Shown here: one piece after another, positions 48,901-60,038 of the stretch
Layout of the letters: each line of letters begins with the position of its first letter
Position numbering within the stretch: the stretch's first letter is position 1
From: Macrostomum lignano
Taxonomy: Eukaryota
Length of the DNA stretch: 64,000 nucleotides
Reading direction: 5' to 3'
NCBI GenBank assembly: GCA_002269645.1
Contig: NIVC01001829.1
Span: 1 to 64,000, forward strand
Made by a program: the position numbers and the translations under genes
Notes under the pieces: model-generated
Seen by the model: only the letters and a program-made list of their open reading frames with translations
Database searches by the model: none
What the model was told of the DNA's origin: nothing

Positions 48901-51575
48901 TCCGCAAAGCGACGCAAGATCGACGAGATCGACGAATACCTACTGGGCAGGTTCATCGGTCCAATGGAGGCGGTCAACACCATCCTGGGCTTATGAGGTG
49001 CACAGCCGATACCCCCTGTGATCAGGCTCGCGGTTGATCTTAAGGACGAGCAGCGGGTCTTTTTCACTGACGAGACGACTCAGGCTGTTGCTGCTACGCC
49101 CAAGGCCACGACTTTGACCGCCTTCTTCGATGTGAGTTTTGCGGACGAAGTGCAATTTGTTCAATTTATTCCTCCTTCCTGTTTCTACCCGCCCACTTTC
49201 CTGTTCCTACCCGCCCAGCTCTGTCGCCATGACGAAATCGCCCGAGGTCTGCTGTACCAGGAGGTACCCCGGCACTTCACCTGGGACCCCAGGGCGCACC
49301 AGTGGCATCGCGCAGGTCGCGGCCGAGTCGCTGCTGATCAGCCAGCCGATGTTCTGACGACCAGCAACATCGGCCGCATCTACACAGTCAGTCCTCGGCT
49401 GGGCGACTGTTTCTACCTGCGCCTGCTGCTGGTGAATTTGCGCGGCCCGACTTCGTTCGAGGCTCTGCGCACTGTTGATGGAGTCCTGTTGCCGACCTTC
49501 AAGGCCGCCTGCCAGGCTCACGGACTGCTGGAGGATGACAGGCACTGGCAGCTGTGCCTGTCCGAAGCTGCCCAGACGCGGATGCCTGCTGCTCTGCGCC
49601 GACTTTTTGCCGCAATTTTGGCGCACGGCGATCCCAGCGACCCCGCGAAGCTCTGGGAGGAGTTTTCCCGCGAGATGGCTGGCGACCTGCTGCACCAGGG
49701 CTTGAGCGCCGAGGCTGCTATGGCCGAAGTTCTGCGGTCGCTGCAGAAGCGGCTGGAGCGGATGGGCGGATCCGAGCTGTCTGCCTACGGCCTTCCTGAA
49801 CCACCGGCAGAGCCGGATCAGGTAAATGAACTCACTGCTATGCACTGACTGTTAATATTTTTAACCTTTAATAGCTTACTGATGACAACTTCTTTTTAAT
49901 ATCCAGACTCGGCTTCTTTCTGATTGCCTGCCGACGCTGCAAGAAGCTGCTGAGCTGCAGTCTGAAGTGGATGCGCTGGTCGCTACCCTGACTGACGAGC
50001 AGCGTGCAGTCCAATCTGACGGCCGGCGGCGGCGGGCTGCATTTCATTGACGCTCCTGGCGGCACAGGCAAGACGTTCCTGCTCACGCTTCTGCTGAAGT
50101 CGGTTCGAGCAAGGCGTCAAATTGCTGTTGCCGTCGCGTCATCGGGCATCGCGGCGACTATTCTTCCCGGAGGTCGAACCGCCCACTCGATGTGAGTTTA
50201 GTGTCCGCATAAATCATTTTATAAACTGTTAGTTTTTAAGCACAGAAAGTCATGCCTAATTTATCATCACAATTGACCATCCTCGCGATACCTGCCTGCA
50301 GGTTCAAGATCCCCGTCTGCGCTGTACGGCAGGACAGCGCCTTCTGCTCCATCGGCAGGCGGAGCAAACTGGCGGAGATTCTGCGGAACGCCCGCCTCAT
50401 CGTGTGGGACGAGGCTCCGATGACGCACCGCAAAGACCTCGAGATCGTCGAGCGTTCTCTGCGTGATTTGCTGCACGGTGGGCAGCCGTTCGGGGAGCGC
50501 TGCTGGTGCTGGCTGGCGACTTTCGCCAGTTGCTTGCTGTTGTGCCCGGAGGGACGCAGGCCAACACGATCGAAGCCTGCCTGAATCGGTCGGTGCTGTG
50601 GCAGCACTTCCGGCAGCACCAGCTCACAAGGAATCTGCGGCTGGAGGGCGGCTCGGCTCTCCAAAGCTACGCAGATTTTCTTATGCAGGTGAGAATCTAT
50701 GGAGTTTCTATGCTCTAATTAAACATGAAAATTGAAGAAAAAAATTGTAAAATTTCTACTCAATAAAAATTAATATTTCTACTCATTCCACTTTTCACTG
50801 TCAGGTTGGCAACGGGGAGCTGCCAGAGGACGTAGAGGGCATGGTCTCCTTGTCTAGCGAGATCCTTCTGCCCGAGGACACAACCACTGAGCAGCTCATC
50901 CGGCACGTTTACCCGTCCTTTGAGCCGAGTGCGCAGCGTGACCAGATGTTCGCGGAGCGGAGCATCCTGGCGCCACTCAACAGGACGGTGGACGAGGCCA
51001 ACGCCGCCTGCTTAGCGCTCTTTCCCGGTGAGAGCCGAGTCTACCTGTCGGTCGACTCGATTCCGAATGACGACACGGCAGCCACCAATTTTCCGCCGGA
51101 GCTGCTGAACCGGCTGGACCCCAGCGGTATGTCGCATCACCGACTGGAGCTGAAGGTCGGCATGCCGGTCGTCATGATGAGGAATCTGGACCCACCGCTG
51201 CTGTGCAATGGGACTTGGCTGCTGCTGCGCGAACTGCGTGACAACGTCCTGCTCGCGGAGGTCGCCACTGGCATCTACCGTGGGCGGCAGGGGTTCATCC
51301 CGCGGATTCCGCAGGAGCCGAGTCCGACCGAGATCCCGTTCGTTTTCCGCCGTCTGCAGTTCCCGATCCGGCCGTGCTTCGCCATGACCATCCACAAGAG
51401 CCAGGGCCAGTCGCTGGGCACCTACCCTGTCGACCTGACGACAGCTTGCTTTCAGCATGGCCAGCTCTACGTGGCTCTGAGTCGTGCGCGGAGTGCCGAT
51501 GGCGTTAAAGTTCGGGCTCCAGGCGGATGTACGAGAAACATCGTGTTGCGTCAGCTTATCGGCAAGCAGAACTAA
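45977..51575 (+). pseudogene. Helitron Rep (HUH endonuclease)-Pif1 helicase gene, 9 exons, several disablements
   Basis: Exons ~45977-46386, 46530-46647, 46837-47412, 47560-48198, 48290-49131, 49219-49821, 49907-50191, 50302-50688, 50805-51575. Motifs CPHC..CC, DLFLTMTCNPKW, EYQKRG|LPHVH, YVVKYITKG, DAPGGTGKT, IVWDEAPM, GDFRQ, FAMTIHKSQGQSL, QLYVALSR. Frameshift near 47350-47390, TGA at 48994-48996, deletion near 50010, frameshift near 50495. Confidence 0.95.
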
Positions 51576-51640
51576 CTATTATCTGAACTGAACTGAATCA
51601 TAGGCAGGATGAAAGAATATATAGGTTTGAGTGACATATT

Positions 51641-52100
51641 AGAAGAGTGAGTGGCAAATTATGAGAGTGAGTGACAAATTATGAGAGTGAGTGACAAATT
51701 ATGAGAGTGAGTGACAAATTATGAGAGTGAGTGACAAATTATGAGAGTGAGTGACGAATTATGAGAGAATTGACAAATTTTGAGAGTGAGTAAGTGACAA
51801 ATTATGAGACCGAGTAACAAATTATTAGTGAGTGAGTGAATGAAAAATGTTAAGAGAGAGTGACAAATTATGATAGCGAGTTGGTGGAAAATTATGCGGA
51901 GTCATTAATCATGAGTGGGAGTGAAAAATTATGAGTGACAAATTTCAGTGCGATAATACTTAGGAGGGTGCAAATTCAGGCTGTCAAATTAAGCGTCACG
52001 AATTATGAGTCTGATAAAATATGAGTCATAAATTATGAGTGACAAATTTACGAGTGAAAATGCTTATGAGAGTGCTAAATTGAGAGTGTCGCAAATTATA
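51641..52100. repeat. 20-bp minisatellite (atgagagtgagtgacaaatt), ~6 clean copies then degenerate
   Basis: Near-exact units at 51661, 51681, 51701, 51721 and 51741; eroded copies continue to ~52100. Confidence 0.92.
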
Positions 52101-53640
52101 AGTGATAAATTTTTAACAAAAACGATTAGGTGGTGGCAAAATTGTTTCTTGACAGAGTTGCTAAATGAATTTCATACACGGGGAGCTTTTAAGAATGCTC
52201 AGGCTCCTATCAATTTAGATTCAATTGCCATACTTATTTTTTCTGAATTTTTTTAATGTACAAAGTGGCCGTTCGTAATTATTTATGTTAAGCTCTATAT
52301 TTTGTTACATTTGTTAATATTTATTTATTTATTTAATATTGTCAGTTCAGTTATCCGGTTTCTTCCACTGCTTTCCACTTTCTCTTCACCTTTACTTGCA
52401 CCCCTATTATAATACAAATGCATTTGCTTTATTAAAAAATATATGCCATACCGTACTCGGGGTGCGCAGGATTCTGAATACAAACAAGGCTGTCAATCAT
52501 AGGCTATTAGTAACAAGCAATAAGTAATAGAAAGGCATAAAATTCACATGAATTTAAACTTAACAAGTACTTAGCCAAAGAGACTATCCCATTTATTCGA
52601 TCGTTTCCTGCGTACCCCCAATGATGTCTTTGAATTAGTTTTTTATATTCAACAGAGGCGAAGGAAATTCGAGTACGAGTATTCAGCTAGCTGTGAAAGG
52701 AACGCAGCAACATCAGTACTTGAAGAAGTCAAGAAGTTATAACTCAGTGCAGCTATACAAAGTAGTTTTGGTACTTCTTCCACCATTTTCACTAAGATGT
52801 ACAGTGCCTGCGTGACTGCTATTGCTGACGGGCAGCCAATCAGTTTTGCACATTTAAACTGCCTTATAGTGCAGCGGCAGAGAATGAGTAGCCAACCAGC
52901 TGTTATAGAATGAATTCATTTAATTAATGATTTGCGCAAAATCTATCACAGACTTTAGATTATCACAACTTAATACTGACGACGAACTCTAAGCTCTAAA
53001 CAGAGAATGCCATAGCAGATCATTTTAAGCTGCAATCGCATCCTAACGCTGAATCATATTCCTTGAGTTGGCAGTGAGCACTTGAATTTAACACTATTGA
53101 GACTGCCAAACCCAAAACCGTAAACCCCAGACATTGTACTCTAGCCTTAAAGCTCGCTTAAAAGTTTAGCCAATCAAAAACATTTTCAGTAAGCTTACCA
53201 TTAATGTGAACTCTGTAACTTTAGAGCGACCAAAATTAACTGTGTTGCGCAACATTTAAAAGTCAAATTGAAAGGTTTCAGTTCATATGAATCTAATTAA
53301 ATTGTGAGACTCTCTACACCAGCTTATATACAATTTATTCACTCACCAATGCAGGTGCTAAGTCTTTTGAGAACTGGAATAAATCCATCTGGCAGACACC
53401 TCACCAAACCAAAAAACACCAGTTCTCACCCCAAACCGCGCCTATAAATACAAGATCGCAAACTCAGCCCCAATTATCAGTTATCAATCGACAGTCAACT
53501 GTATTGCATATAAGTCAAAAATTTCCAAGTCAACACAGTCCAACAACAACCTGGAGAAATTCGAAAGACTGCAGAAAGCCATGGAGCAGCACTTCAGTTT
53601 GTTCGTGAGAAAAACATCTGAAATGCTTCAGGAGGAGCAC

Positions 53641-56600
53641 TGCCACCAGCAACCAAATAAATAATCCGCCGCCGGCGAACCAACCTGTTAACCTGCACAT
53701 TATTCAGATCAACCTGCACCACGCCCTTGCAGCATCGAGCAACCTTTCAGGCACCTTTGCCAACAAGGAAGTTGACATCTACCTTATTCAGGAACCGTAT
53801 ACCCGCAAGGGGAAGCCGACCTGCCTGCCGCCAGGCTATCAGGTTCTGTACCTCTGCGCGAACGACACCCCCAGGGCTATCGCCCTCGTCAAAAACGACC
53901 TCCCGGCCACTATTATGCCAATGTTTTGCTCTAAAGACATGTGTACTTTCTCAGTCTTTGACTTGACCTTCGTTTCCGCTTACCTGGACATCCAGGAAGA
54001 CGTCCCTCCCCCCCTCCTGCAGGAGCTGGCGGACTTCTGTAATCTCCAGGATCGGAAGCTTATCGTTAGCTGCGATGCTAACGCCCACAACACTGCCTGG
54101 TCTAGTAGCGATACTAACAGGCGCGGTGACTTACTAATTGATTTCATTAACTCCTCCTCGTTACACATTTGCAACAGAGGCAGCAAACCCACATTTATTG
54201 TCTCTAATCGGCGTGAGGTTATCGACCTCACTCTCGTCTCCAACAACGCCCTCAATCAGGTCCACAGCTGGCTGGTTAGGGATGACCTCCCATCGCTTTC
54301 CGACCACTCGTACATTCAGTACAGCATCAGCTCCGTCGGAGCCCGTCATGAGAACCGGGACCGCCTTAATTTGAAAAAGGCCGACTGGACAGGTTTTCGA
54401 AGAGACCTGCTAAAACTCCTGACCGAAGCCAACGTACCGGACTCCAGCGAGGATCTCCCTGGCATTGAGCATCGGTGCAACTCCATCGTTGAGATCCTAA
54501 ACACCGCCATACGCGCTAACGCCCCTAAGCTGTTTTGCAGGAAGAAATACTCTCCTTGGTGGAGTCAAGAGCTCACTCGCATGAAGAAAAACACCCGCCG
54601 ACTGCAACGCCTCGCAAACGGCTCGAATACTCCAGAGGATTGGGAGAACTACCACTCTGCTCTGAGGATGTACAAAAGTACTATCCGAAGGGCTAAGAAG
54701 ACCACCTGGAAAGCCTACTGCGCCGGCCTGGAAGGGCAACACCCCACAGCCCGGCTGGTCAGGACTCTCAGGCACGACACGCTAGCTCAGTGTAACTCCC
54801 TTCTGCACCTGGATGGTAACTACACTACCAGTGTCGAAGGTTCGCTAAATCTTCTTTTCTCCACCTGCTTTCCGCAGGTTGACGAACCGGAGTACGTGGT
54901 CGATGACCACAGGCCTTGTGATCACAAGCTTTTCCAGCAGTGCGCCACCCCCAGCTACTCCAGCTGGCAGCAAATTCTTTTAAACCGTATAAATCGTCTG
55001 GCCCTGACAATATCGCCCCCTGTATCCTGCAGGAGGCGCTAAAGCTGCAAAACTTTGCTGATTCTTTCTCTAAATTGCTTGTTGACTGTTATACCACAGG
55101 TTACATTCCCACAATCTGGAGAATGTCCAGAGTCGTGTTCATCCCGAAACCTGCTAAGGGTGACTACACCAACGTGAAATCCTTCCGGCCCATCAGCCTC
55201 ACTTCCTTTTGTGTTAAGCTGATGGAGAGGCTCATCCTGTGGAGGCTTCGAGAGTGCGACCTGCGCTCCGACCCTGTCAGTAAGTACCAGTACGCCTTCC
55301 AGTCTGGGAGGACGACTGAGCATGCTCTCCACGCCATTACCTCCAAAATTGAGAGTGCCATCCTTAGCAAACAACTCGCTTGCGGGTTGTTCGTTGACTT
55401 CGAAGGAGCATTTGACAATGTCCTCTTCCGCTCCTTCAGAAATTCTCTTTCCCGCAGGAATGTAAGACACAGCATTGTTCGCTGGATTTATTTTATGATC
55501 CGCAAAAGGTTTGTGACATCCACACTTATGGGCGTTACCCTCACCCGGGCGGTGATGAAAGGCGGCCCGCAAGGTGGCGTGCTAACTCCACTTCTCTGGA
55601 ATCTCGTCATGGACGAACTTCTAACCGCTGACATTCCCAGCAGTATCACCAGGGCGGGCTACGCCGATGACGTTGCCGCGGTCGTCAGCGGACCCGACCC
55701 CGCCACTCTGCGCAACCTGATGCAGCAATTCGCCGACAAGGCGGCCGACTGGGCTACACAGCATGGCCTAAAAATCAGCGTCACTAAGACTGTCGCTGTC
55801 GTTTTCACCAAGCGCCGTAAGTGGGAGATGAAAAACCTCACTGTCTATGGCAGAAACATCCCCTTCAAGAAGGAGGTCAAATACCTCGGTGTGACGCTAA
55901 CGCATGACCTGCGCTGGACGAAGCACCTTGATAACGTCATCGGTCGGGCAAAACGCTGCTTTGCCCAGCTGCGCAGAGCCATCGGGCCGACTTGGGGCCT
56001 CTCGCCTAGAACGGTCCGTTGGATTTATACCGGCATCATCCGGCCCAGTATCACATACGCGAGTCTCATCTGGACTAGCGTGCTGGAGCAGAAGGTCGCC
56101 CGTCAGCGGCTGTACCAGCTTCAGGGCAGCATTTGCCGTGCCATCACAGGTGCGTACCCGTCCACCCCTTACGAGGGGCTGAACACTATCCTTAACCTAC
56201 CTCCGCTTCACCTATTTATTAGGGCGGAGGCTATGAAGTCTGCCTCCCGGCTTATTAGAGATAAAACGTTGAATAACGCGCCCTCTGGCTTTATGCCAAT
56301 GAAAACATTAATCCCGCATATGGACTTTGTCCGCCGCGACCTTAACAACATCCACATGGACCTGGGCAATGTGGATAGTCGACCTCCCGCCCTCAACATC
56401 AGGAGGGGCTTCAAGACCGCCATCCCTGGCCGAGACAACATTCCGCTGGATGTCGGTGTGAACCGGCGCAGCCAGGGCATTCACTGCTTCACCGACGGCT
56501 CGCTGTTCAACGGCCGCGCTGGAGCGGGTATTGCCATTTTCCACGAGGGTAAGATGCTTCTCCAGGAAAGTCTGCACCTCGGTGAGAACACCTCAGTTTT

Positions 56601-57474
56601 CCAAGCTGAAATTTGCGCCATCGAGCAGTGTGCCCAGCAACTGTTTCAGGCGAACATTAATAATTTTGACATTAATTTCTACACTGATAGCCAAGCTGCT
56701 ATTAAGGCCTTAACCACTGAGAATATCTCCGCTGCTACAGTATCTCAATGCCACCGCAGTGTGCAATCTCTCTCAGTCCTTAACAGGATTAGAATTATCT
56801 GGACACCTGGTCACAGCAACATCCTGGGCAACGAGCTCGCAGACTCTCTCGCCAAGGAGGGCAGCAACCCAGACGGCAACCACCGTCTGATGAGGCTACC
56901 CACCCCCAGGTCGCAAGTCACCCGCCATATCAACAGGTGGCTCCATCAGCAGCACCAGCTCCACTGGAACAGCTGCACCGAGTACAGGCAGAGCCGCTCT
57001 GCCATGCCTAACCTGAACAGGAAAGTCTCTGATTATCTGATTTCGCTTAACAGAACCGACCTCAGGGAGATGTGCATGGTCCTAACCGGCCACGGATTCT
57101 TCCAGAGACATATATCGTTGCAAACCGGTTGCCCTCCCACCTGCCCCTTCTGTGGCATAGGAGAGGAGACCGCGGAGCATCACGTCACCTTCTGCCCTTA
57201 CTTCAACAAGGCGCGGCACAAATACCTCGGCCACCCCCAGCGGATGGACGAGCTGACCACCGCGGACAATATCCGAGACCTCCGCGCCTTCGTCCGGGAC
57301 TCCGGCCGGATGAGGGTCGCCGATGCCTCCACTGCGGACCTGCCGACTACTGGCGGGGACTGGGCGCACCCCCAAGGCTAATCCTTGTGCTCTTTTACCT
57401 TGGGGTTGCGATAGGGGCCTCGCGGCCTATTCGCGGCGCCTGCGCCCCCCGTCAGTAGTAAGTAAGTAAGTAAG
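53641..57474 (+). mobile_element. Non-LTR retrotransposon (I-group, LOA/Lian-like), 5'-truncated
   Basis: 14-bp TSD ttcaggaggagcac at 53627-53640 and 57475-57488; (TAAG)n tail at ~57458-57474; no ORF1. Confidence 0.92.
53693..57381 (+). CDS. LINE ORF2: APE endonuclease, reverse transcriptase, RNase H and C-terminal Cys/His knuckle; one frameshift
   Basis: QINLHH, LIQEP, CDANAH, SDH; [19 protein letters not shown]; [31 protein letters not shown]; [15 protein letters not shown]. The frame switches at the C5 run 54948-54952. Confidence 0.93.
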
Positions 57475-57989
57475 TTCAGGAGGAGCACAAATCGGCACAA
57501 CATGAAGCAAAGCTCAAGTCCTCCCTCGAAAAAGTTGTAATGGAGCAACGACAGCAGCTGGAGCACTACAAGAAGCGACTGGCAGACACCGAAGCCGAAC
57601 TGAAGAGCAAGAAGAAGGAGTGCGACCGCTTGGCTGCCTTCCTGCAAGACGAGGATGCTGCTTTGCTCGCCTGCGTCAAAGACACCGCTTCGGGCCAGCC
57701 ACCTGCGAAGCGACTCTGCAGTCGGGACGACGGCTCTGCTCAGCACCCGGACGGACCGGCTGTGGAGCCGCAGCCCGGAGCGGACTCGGCGAAGGCGAGC
57801 GAAACAGACTAAGTATAACAGACTAACTATTCTATTTACTAAATATCTGTAATTAACTTATATTTTCTGCTGGAATTCTGACTGCTTATAGATACCCATC
57901 AGCTAGAAAAAAACAAGTAATAATCTACATCTTAGACACTTAAAATTTTAAAACTTGCGAAATACAATTTAACAAATTAAAAATAAAAA

Positions 57990-58405
57990 TGTCTTCTCTT
58001 GCAGTCGGGTAACCAAGCAGTCGCATTCCTTCTCCTTGCACTCCCAGTTCGTATTCGTGTTTGCCAGTAGCTTCAAGTACTTTCAGCTGCTTTCTTTGCT
58101 CTGTTACAATTTCTTTCGAAATGGACTTGATCTTTGCTTCCTGTTGTGCCCTTTTATACTCGGCAACAGTCAAAAGTTCCACAAGTACAAATCCGGTTTA
58201 GTTAGAGAACTTCTCATTTAAAATGCACAGTAAAAGGTGAATACAAATATCTTTGCTTGGCGGGTGGATCTTTTGACTGTTGTTGGGTATAATTGCTTCT
58301 CCTGATCATTCAGATGTTATTCTTGCGCTCAAACTGTAAGTGCCTTCTGTGGCTTTCTGCAGCTTTTCGATTTCTTTAAGTTGTTTTCGGACTGTGTTGA
58401 CTAAT
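57990..58405 (-). pseudogene. Inverted, decayed paralog of the coiled-coil ORF
   Basis: The minus strand reads agtcaacacagtccgaaaacaac...gctgcagaaagcc (cf. 53528-53580) and gcacaacaggaagcaaagatcaagtcc (cf. ~57494-57520); peptide AEYKRAQQEAKIKSISKEIVTEQRKQL versus EEHKSAQHEAKLKSSLEKVVMEQRQQL. Confidence 0.8.
58157..58289. mobile_element. ~130-bp MITE-like insertion flanked by TA
   Basis: tatactcggcaacagtcaaaag (58155-58176) versus cttttgactgttgttgggtata (58270-58291): 22-bp inverted repeat with 3 mismatches and a perfect 13-bp core. Confidence 0.6.
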
Positions 58406-59041
58406 AAAATGTACTGTAAATATGTCTTTGCTTATTTTTATGCTTTTAATTTCATTGCAATATTTGCCTCGCTTATGTCCATGAAAGTGCAGTTTTTTCA
58501 TGCAATTAAAAAAACATTAAGTTACTACATGTGCCAAACTTAAGCTTCAAAGCTAGGATTCTATAGGGGGTGGAGTTCTAATCAGAGCACAGATTGTACT
58601 CATTTTTGGGATAGGTCAAATATAAAGTTAAGGTGTTCAATTTCTAACTGCTAATGTGCATTGGAGGGTTGATTTACATTGCGTAACTTTATAAAAAAGA
58701 TAAGTGAGACTGATACTGACTGACTGAGATAACGATTGCGCCATCTATTGTTCAATTTGTTTTATCATCGGTGCCTTTCAAAAGGCAGCCCTGTGTATTA
58801 ACCGGGGGGTTGCTGAGTATCGGCGGGGAGTGTGCATTGGAGGGTTAATTTAGATTGAGTAATCATTTGTTCACATAATTGAAACTGATGCCGACTGCCT
58901 AAGAAATTGATTGTCAACCGCTTCGTGGGACTTTTACTGAAACTGAGTTGGGTCATGGGATTCAGCTGATGGAGTTCAGGGATTTGAATTCCGGTGATGG
59001 GAGTTCTTCCCCTTTCTCCTCCGAAGGAGGAGTTGACCTCG

Positions 59042-59870
59042 TATATACTAAAATCAAGACTAAATAACTGAGGCAGAGACCGAGAATGCTAATGCAAAAC
59101 TTGGGGCTCCGGCAAGGAAAATTATGGGGCAACCCCCACAGCCTGGGCTGCCTGGTGTGGTCTGTCAAATTAACAATTCGAGTGCTAACTGGTTTGAACT
59201 CTTGGCATTCCGTGGGGGGTTCTGTTGATTAAATGATGGTTTCAATGCGTCCGGCCGACCTAGGCACAGGCAATCCTAGTCGGTGCAATTCTCCAATAAA
59301 AAATTCAACCACTCTTCGAGAAACCCCGTGCACGGTCCGCAATGAAACGAATACGTCTTCCAATTGCACTACTAGTGGGCGATTGTCCTCTCTACGCAGG
59401 CATCCCTCGCATCATCGTCTTCCTCAGCTTCATCACTGGACTCGCTGCAAAGGGACTCAAGATCCACAAATATTTCGACGTCATCAGAAAGTCCACCTGC
59501 CAAGAAATGAATTATGAATAATAACATTAACTTAAGTGAGAGTAACACATGGTGGCAGAGTGGAGGATAAAATCATGTAAGAGGCTATATAGCTTATTGA
59601 GCGCGTTACTAAACTTGAGATGAGCGACTTACTGTTTGAAAAAGGATCTTCAGATAAAGCAACTTTTTCGGCAGCACTTGCCACTGGAACAGCCGGTAAA
59701 GAATCTTCTTGTGTGATACAGATTGATGAATTTGCTGAAGTCGTAGTGGCACTAGAACATGATAGTAAGCTACTTCGGCTATGTGCGCCATCGAATAATT
59801 TTCTTAAATGCTGGTCAGCCTTGTGTCGGGAATTCTTGGCCTTATAGACTCTCATTATTTTGTGAACATT
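59042..59870 (-). pseudogene. Decayed coding-like relic, possibly a transposase N-terminus
   Basis: Minus-strand frames give an acidic stretch (SSDEAEEDDD) and LRTVHGVSRRVVEFFIGELHRLGLPVPRS, loosely like CACTA N-terminal helices; no catalytic motif seen. Confidence 0.3.
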
Positions 59871-60038
59871 GAATGCCGTGAAAAAATAAAGAAGTTGGGG
59901 AGTTTCTCGGTTGCTAGCGGTCGGGCCGGTACGGGCTTAAGCAACCCCCCGGTCGCTAACTCTTGGCCTGGTTGTTGGGTTTGGGGTTACGGCCCAGCGG
60001 CTTCTCACCTCTAGTCCCCATTCGCCTTTCAGCGACTC

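Larger units (their letters stand above)
53581..57812 (+). pseudogene. Small coiled-coil ORF (~127 aa when rejoined) split by the LINE
   Basis: 53581-53640 ([20 protein letters not shown]) rejoins in frame with 57489-57812 (KSAQHEAKLKSSLEKVVMEQRQQLEHYKKRLADTEAELKSKKKECDRL...) after removing the LINE and one TSD copy. Confidence 0.7.
44261..59041 (+). mobile_element. Autonomous-type Helitron body (decayed) with nested insertions
   Basis: The 5' region is homologous to the array units (terminal TATATACTAAAG deleted at the junction), followed by the Rep/helicase gene. 58560-59041 is homologous to the unit 3' ends, with hairpin ctcctccgaaggaggag and CTCG at 59038-59041. Confidence 0.82.

Noticed and set aside
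44261-59041. Classification as a Helentron with fused endonuclease
   Set aside because: The helicase ORF stops at 51575, and the downstream APE domain belongs to a separate TSD-flanked LINE
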